From Winogradskyella sp. (GTDB lineage Bacteria; Bacteroidota; Bacteroidia; Flavobacteriales; Flavobacteriaceae), in assembly GCF_013213835.1 (NCBI RefSeq), contig NZ_JABSSU010000005.1, positions 205,294 through 269,293 of the forward strand: 64,000 nt of DNA, written 5' to 3'. The first letter of the stretch is position 1; the number at the start of each line of letters is the position of its first letter. Of this stretch, positions 58,824-64,000 are shown one piece after another. A model generated the notes under the pieces. The model ran no database searches. It saw nothing but the letters and a program-made list of their open reading frames with translations, and was not told the origin of the DNA. The translations under genes and the position numbers were made by a program.

Positions 58824-61800
58824 CTACGCTATTTGTAATTTTTCCTTTTCTAATCTTATCAATGCCTGTCTGTATTCTTCAGGTAACACCTTTTTGAATT
58901 TCGGTAAATATGCATCCCAATTATTCAAAATACGTTCTGCTAATGGACTTGAAGTTGCTTCAAAATGATTTTGAATTAATCCTTTCAATTCAAGATTGTC
59001 TTCACTATTCAGAATGATATAATCGACATTTAAATCTTCACCATTACAATTCTGCTTGAAGGTGTTATTTTCATCTAAAACATACGCAACTCCACCACTC
59101 ATTCCGGCACCAAAGTTTCTTCCAACTTCACCAAGAATCACAGCTACTCCACCAGTCATATACTCGCAACCATGGTCGCCAATACCTTCAACTACGGCTT
59201 TGGCACCTGAGTTTCTTACACAGAAACGCTCACCAGCTTTTCCATTGATATAAACCTCGCCAGAAGTCGCACCATAAAGTGTTACGTTACCAGTGATGAT
59301 ATTCTCTTCTGGAACGATTGTACTTTCTTCAGGCACTTTAATAATAAGTTTTCCGCCAGATAAACCTTTACCTAAATAATCATTAGTGTTTCCATGAACC
59401 GTGAAACACAATCCTTTTGTTGCAAATGCCCCAAAACTCTGACCTGCAGAACCATAAAAATCAATATTAATGGTATCTTCTGGCAAACCATCTGCACTAT
59501 AAATCTTAGAAATTTCATTACTCACAATGGCACCAACAGCTCGGTCAATGTTAGTAATTGGCAGTTCTAAATGCGTTTCTTGCCTTCTAAACAAAGCTTG
59601 ATGCGCTTGCTTAATAATTTTGAAATCTAAATGTGTTTCTAATCCATGGTCTTGCTGCTCTGTATTATAGAACTTTGTCCCTTCTGGAACATCAACACTA
59701 TGCAATATTGGCGTTAAGTCTATACCTGAAGCCTTATAATGTTCAATGGCTTTTCTACGGTTCAGTTTATGTACCTGACCAACCATTTCATTAACCGTTC
59801 TGAAGCCAAGTTTCGCCATGATTTCTCTTAACTCTTGCGCCACAAAATACATATAATTCACCACATGCTCTGGCTTACCTTTGAACTTCTTACGTAATTC
59901 TGGGTTTTGAGTAGCGATACCAACCGGACACGTATTCAGATGACAAATACGCATCATAATACAACCCGAAGCTACCAATGGCGCTGTTGCAAAACCAAAC
60001 TCTTCTGCACCGAGCAAACAAGCAATAGCCACATCTCTACCTGTTTTTAGTTGACCATCGCACTCTAAAACAATGCGGTTTCTAAGGTCGTTCATTACCA
60101 AAGTCTGTTGTGCTTCAGCAATCCCTAGTTCCCATGGTAATCCTGCATGTTTTAAAGATGTTAAAGGTGATGCACCTGTTCCTCCATCAAAACCAGACAC
60201 TAAAATCACATCTGCTTTTGCCTTAGCAACACCAGCCGCAACCGTACCAACACCAACTTCGGAAACCAATTTTACATTAATTCTGGCTTCTCTATTCGCT
60301 GATTTCACATCATAAATTAATTGTGATAAATCTTCAATTGAATAAATATCGTGATGTGGTGGTGGCGAAATTAAACCTACATATGGCGTTGAATTTCTAG
60401 TCTTGGCAATTTCAGGATTTACCTTTGCACCTGGCAATTGTCCACCTTCACCAGGTTTTGCACCTTGTGCTATCTTAATTTGAATTTCACTTGCATTGGT
60501 TAAATAATTCGATGTCACTCCAAATCGACCTGAAGCGACTTGCTTTATCGCAGAGTTTTTCCAATCACCTTGAGAACTCTTATAAAAACGCTCTTGGTCT
60601 TCTCCACCTTCACCAGAATTGGATTTTCCACCAATTCTATTCATTGCGACAGCTAAATTCTCATGCGCTTCTTTACTAATAGAACCGTAAGACATTGCAC
60701 CTGTTTTAAAACGCTTTACAATTTCTGTCCAAGGCTCTACTTCTTCAAGTGGAATTGGGTCGTATTGGTCAAACTCAAACAAACCTCTAATCGTCATTAA
60801 ACTTTTAGATTGGTCGTTAACCAACTTAGAATATTCCTTATATGTAGACGCTTTATTAGTTCTAACAGATTCTTGAAGTTTTGCAATGGTCAACGGATTA
60901 AACAAGTGCTTTTCTTGCCCTCTTCTCCACCTATAATCACCACCAATTTCGATATCTGCTGTGATTTCATTCTTTTGAAACGCCTTCTTATGACGTTTTA
61001 CAATTTCTTGTTCTATTTCTCTAAGTCCAATACCTTCAATACGTGTTGGTGTGTTAGGGAAATACTTTTCAACAGTCTTTGCATTGATTCCGATACACTC
61101 AAACAATTGTGAACCACGATACGAATTCAACGTTGAAATTCCGATTTTATTCATCACCTTCAGAATACCTTTTCCAATGGCTTTGTTATAATTTTTAATC
61201 GCCGCTAAGTAATCTAAATCAGTAATATCGTTTGCTTTAACTTGGTCGTAAACAATTTCGTTAACGATATAAGGATTAACTGCACTTGCCCCGAAACCAA
61301 ATAATAATGCAAAGTGATGCACTTCTCTTGGTTCAGCCGATTCAATAATGATACTAACCTGAGAACGTTTCTTTAATTTATGTAAGGCATGATTCACATA
61401 AGAACATGCTAACAGTGCAGGAATTGGCGCGTGATTTTCATCTACATATCTATCTGAAAGAATGATAATATTTGCACCATTATCTATTGCTTTAGACGCT
61501 TTTGACATAAGATTATCTAACGCAACTTCTAGCTCGTTTAAACCTCTATTTACTTCATAAAGCATTGATATAGATTCCACTTTAAAATTAGGATTGTTAT
61601 CATAATTTCTAATCTTATCTAAATCGTGTTTTGAAATTACAGGATTCTGAATCTTTAACTTTTTACAATGCTCTGCATTGATGTCAAACAGATTCACATC
61701 TCTACCAAGGGTTAAACTGATGTCTGTAATCAATTCTTCCCGAATACCATCTAATGGTGGATTTGTTACCTGAGCAAACAACTGTTTGAAGTAGTTATAC

Positions 61801-63326
61801 ACCAATTGCGGTCTTTCTGACAATACCGCAATTGGGGTATCGCTTCCCATTGAGCCAATTGGTTCTTTTCCAATTTGAGCCATAGGTTTTATAATAGTAT
61901 TTAAGTCTTCTTCAGTATAACCAAAAACTACTTTACGTTTTTTAAGTGCAATCTCATCGTAATTAATTGGACCTTTTTTTGCGGAAATGGATTTAAGATG
62001 TACTAAGTTTTCATCTAACCATTTTCTATATGGATGCTTAGACGCTATCTTTTCTTTAATTTCTTCATCGTTAACAATACGACCTTCATTCATGTTAACT
62101 AAGAACATTTTCCCTGGTTCTAAACGCCCATGATAGCTCACATTTTCTGGCTTAATATCTACAACACCAGTTTCTGAAGACATAATTACATTACCACTTT
62201 TAGTAACTGTATATCGCGATGGACGCAACCCATTTCTATCCAATACTGCTCCAATATAATCTCCATCTGTAAAAGGAATAGATGCTGGTCCATCCCAAGG
62301 TTCCATTAAGCAAGAATTATACTCGTAAAATGCTTTTTTAGCATCAGACATATTTGAGTTTTTCTCCCATGCTTCTGGCACTAACATCATCATGGCTTCT
62401 GGTAGTGAACGACCAGTCATCAATAATAATTCTACAACCATGTCTAATGTTGCAGAATCAGATTTTCCTCTTAAAACCGTTGGCAAAATCTTTTTGATAT
62501 CATCACCAAACAAAGGACTACTCATAATTTCTTCGCGCGAAAACATACGAGACACATTACCTCTTAAAGTATTGATTTCACCATTATGACAAATGTATCT
62601 AAATGGTTGTGCCAAGTCCCAAGTTGGGAAAGTATTGGTAGAAAAACGCTGATGTACTAAAGCTAAACGCGTATCTAAATCTGAATTGTATAAATCTAGA
62701 TAATACTCATTAATATGTTCTGGTTTTAATAACCCCTTGAAAATTATAATTTTTGTTGAAAGGCTTGGGATGTAAAAAAACTGAGATTCTGATAGTTTTG
62801 AATCGTATATAATATGCTCTGCAATTTTACGAGCAGCAAATAATTTTAGCTTAAAGTCGAAATCGGTTTGCTTTGCATCAGATTTACCTATAAAAATCTG
62901 CTTTACGAATGGCTCTGTTGTTTTTGCAATTTCACCAAGCACATCGCTATTAACTGGCACATCTCTCCAACCTAAAAGTTTTAATCCTTGATTTTTGATT
63001 TCTTGCTCTAAAACTTGAACACAAAAGGCACGTTGATTTTCTTTTTTTGGAAGAAACACATTACTCACCGCATAATCACCAAGTTTTGGCAATTTAAAAT
63101 CACAGAATTTTTCAAAAAACTTATGTGGAATATCAATTAATATTCCAGCTCCATCACCTGTAACTCCATCTGCACTTACAGCACCACGATGCTCTAATTT
63201 CACTAGAATTTCTAGCGCCTTGTGAATAATATCATTTGAGCGTTTTCCTGTTAGACTACAAATAAATCCTGCACCACAATTATCATGTTCAAATTCGGGC
63301 AAATAAAGTCCTTGTTTCTTCAGCAT
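58824..63326 (-). CDS. gltB: Glutamate synthase large subunit
   Basis: 1500 aa. Ntn-amidotransferase Cys (HDNCGAGFI), a central FMN/Fe-S domain and a C-terminal GXGXG-repeat domain. Confidence 0.97.
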   Translation of the reverse strand: MLKKQGLYLPEFEHDNCGAGFICSLTGKRSNDIIHKALEILVKLEHRGAVSADGVTGDGAGILIDIPHKFFEKFCDFKLPKLGDYAVSNVFLPKKENQRAFCVQVLEQEIKNQGLKLLGWRDVPVNSDVLGEIAKTTEPFVKQIFIGKSDAKQTDFDFKLKLFAARKIAEHIIYDSKLSESQFFYIPSLSTKIIIFKGLLKPEHINEYYLDLYNSDLDTRLALVHQRFSTNTFPTWDLAQPFRYICHNGEINTLRGNVSRMFSREEIMSSPLFGDDIKKILPTVLRGKSDSATLDMVVELLLMTGRSLPEAMMMLVPEAWEKNSNMSDAKKAFYEYNSCLMEPWDGPASIPFTDGDYIGAVLDRNGLRPSRYTVTKSGNVIMSSETGVVDIKPENVSYHGRLEPGKMFLVNMNEGRIVNDEEIKEKIASKHPYRKWLDENLVHLKSISAKKGPINYDEIALKKRKVVFGYTEEDLNTIIKPMAQIGKEPIGSMGSDTPIAVLSERPQLVYNYFKQLFAQVTNPPLDGIREELITDISLTLGRDVNLFDINAEHCKKLKIQNPVISKHDLDKIRNYDNNPNFKVESISMLYEVNRGLNELEVALDNLMSKASKAIDNGANIIILSDRYVDENHAPIPALLACSYVNHALHKLKKRSQVSIIIESAEPREVHHFALLFGFGASAVNPYIVNEIVYDQVKANDITDLDYLAAIKNYNKAIGKGILKVMNKIGISTLNSYRGSQLFECIGINAKTVEKYFPNTPTRIEGIGLREIEQEIVKRHKKAFQKNEITADIEIGGDYRWRRGQEKHLFNPLTIAKLQESVRTNKASTYKEYSKLVNDQSKSLMTIRGLFEFDQYDPIPLEEVEPWTEIVKRFKTGAMSYGSISKEAHENLAVAMNRIGGKSNSGEGGEDQERFYKSSQGDWKNSAIKQVASGRFGVTSNYLTNASEIQIKIAQGAKPGEGGQLPGAKVNPEIAKTRNSTPYVGLISPPPHHDIYSIEDLSQLIYDVKSANREARINVKLVSEVGVGTVAAGVAKAKADVILVSGFDGGTGASPLTSLKHAGLPWELGIAEAQQTLVMNDLRNRIVLECDGQLKTGRDVAIACLLGAEEFGFATAPLVASGCIMMRICHLNTCPVGIATQNPELRKKFKGKPEHVVNYMYFVAQELREIMAKLGFRTVNEMVGQVHKLNRRKAIEHYKASGIDLTPILHSVDVPEGTKFYNTEQQDHGLETHLDFKIIKQAHQALFRRQETHLELPITNIDRAVGAIVSNEISKIYSADGLPEDTINIDFYGSAGQSFGAFATKGLCFTVHGNTNDYLGKGLSGGKLIIKVPEESTIVPEENIITGNVTLYGATSGEVYINGKAGERFCVRNSGAKAVVEGIGDHGCEYMTGGVAVILGEVGRNFGAGMSGGVAYVLDENNTFKQNCNGEDLNVDYIILNSEDNLELKGLIQNHFEATSSPLAERILNNWDAYLPKFKKVLPEEYRQALIRLEKEKLQIA

Positions 63327-63461
63327 AATTCAAAAATTTTCGAGGGTTTTTATACCTGATTATTTATTCAATATATATGGTATAATTTGATTTAAAAAAA
63401 AGTGAAAACACTTTTCTCAAATTGATAATTTCAAGGATTTTTTATGAAAAAAAGGCAATTA

Positions 63462-63480
63462 TTTGCATTTAAAATGCAAA
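63462..63480. promoter_or_regulatory. 19-bp perfect palindrome, candidate operator in the gltB/porin-like divergent region
   Basis: TTTGCATTT-a-AAATGCAAA. It lies 136 bp upstream of the gltB start codon and 293 bp upstream of the + strand gene at 63773. Confidence 0.3.
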
Positions 63481-63772
63481 AATCTCAACGAATTATTATT
63501 CAATAAAAATTATCAAAAATTACGAAAACGTTTGCGATAAACACCTTAAACTGACAATTATATATTATTTATTATAAAATTCTATCAATTTCGCATTTTT
63601 AGGATTATGATTTATTAAATATTTCCTCAAAAAAAATTTTGACCCTTAATTTTTTAGGGATAAAAATATCATATTCATAAAAATACATCTAATAACCCTA
63701 TTTTTTTAGGGGTTTATTTCAATTTTAAATAGTTTAGCTGCCGAACTAACTATAATTTAAAATTTAGAACTC

Positions 63773-64000
63773 ATGAAGAAAATTTTTACTTTATTATTTG
63801 TAATGGTAGCTTTTAGTGTTTTTGCTCAAGAAGAAAGCACAGATGACAAATTAAGTGTTGGATTAAGCCTTAATAGTGATATGTTTTTTGGTCTTAATCC
63901 AATGATGACTTTCAGTTATGACGTTAGTGACACTGGATCTCTTACGGCTTATGGTATTCAATGGGGTGCTGGTACAGGAAGTGCTTGGGGACAATGGACA
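63773..64000 (+). CDS. Secreted, probably outer-membrane protein; 5' fragment truncated by the window end
   Basis: The ATG at 63773 gives the signal peptide MKKIFTLLFVMVAFSVFAQ, followed by a Gly/aromatic-rich beta-type sequence. The frame is open to position 64000. Confidence 0.6.
   Translation, partial: MKKIFTLLFVMVAFSVFAQEESTDDKLSVGLSLNSDMFFGLNPMMTFSYDVSDTGSLTAYGIQWGAGTGSAWGQWT

Noticed and set aside
63444-63503. 19-codon mini-ORF (MKKRQLFAFKMQKSQRIIIQ*) covering the 19-bp palindrome
   Set aside because: It is too short and unsupported. The palindrome is more simply read as a DNA-level site.

Overview
This is a low-GC, densely coding chromosomal segment that looks like Flavobacteriaceae (Bacteroidota). 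The evidence for that placement is a dcw cluster lacking murF/ddl, an FtsL-like gene, a GYDIA-type GHMP kinase, and a TTTG-N19-TAnnTTTG promoter in front of tRNA-Phe. From left to right the window contains:
- a 111-112 bp tandem repeat array and tRNA-Arg(UCG), then yqeY;
- the complete dcw cluster on the minus strand (mraZ to ftsZ, about 1.4-16.9 kb);
- housekeeping genes: a hydrolase, engB, an ABC permease, an S41 protease, surE, lpxB, an NlpC/P60 protein and comEC;
- a peptide-uptake block: a thioredoxin-like protein, two POT transporters and DPP-IV;
- an HMG-CoA reductase plus GHMP kinase pair;
- a ppiD-like gene, a CorC-like gene, lptC, a TPR protein and coaX;
- tRNA-Phe;
- a tightly coupled five-gene operon at 42.5-48.4 kb;
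- ilvD-B-N-C-A, a GapN-like aldehyde dehydrogenase, gltB/gltD on the minus strand, and the 5' end of an outer-membrane-type gene.

The standout is the five-gene operon. It encodes a photoactive yellow protein (PYP), a soluble PAS histidine kinase, a REC-GAF histidine kinase, a minimal 4-coumarate ligase with an ACP-like N-terminus, and a tyrosine ammonia-lyase.

I saw no transposase, integrase, CRISPR array or rRNA. All calls rest on reading the sequence and ORF translations and on remembered family motifs. No database search, alignment statistic or GC computation was run.
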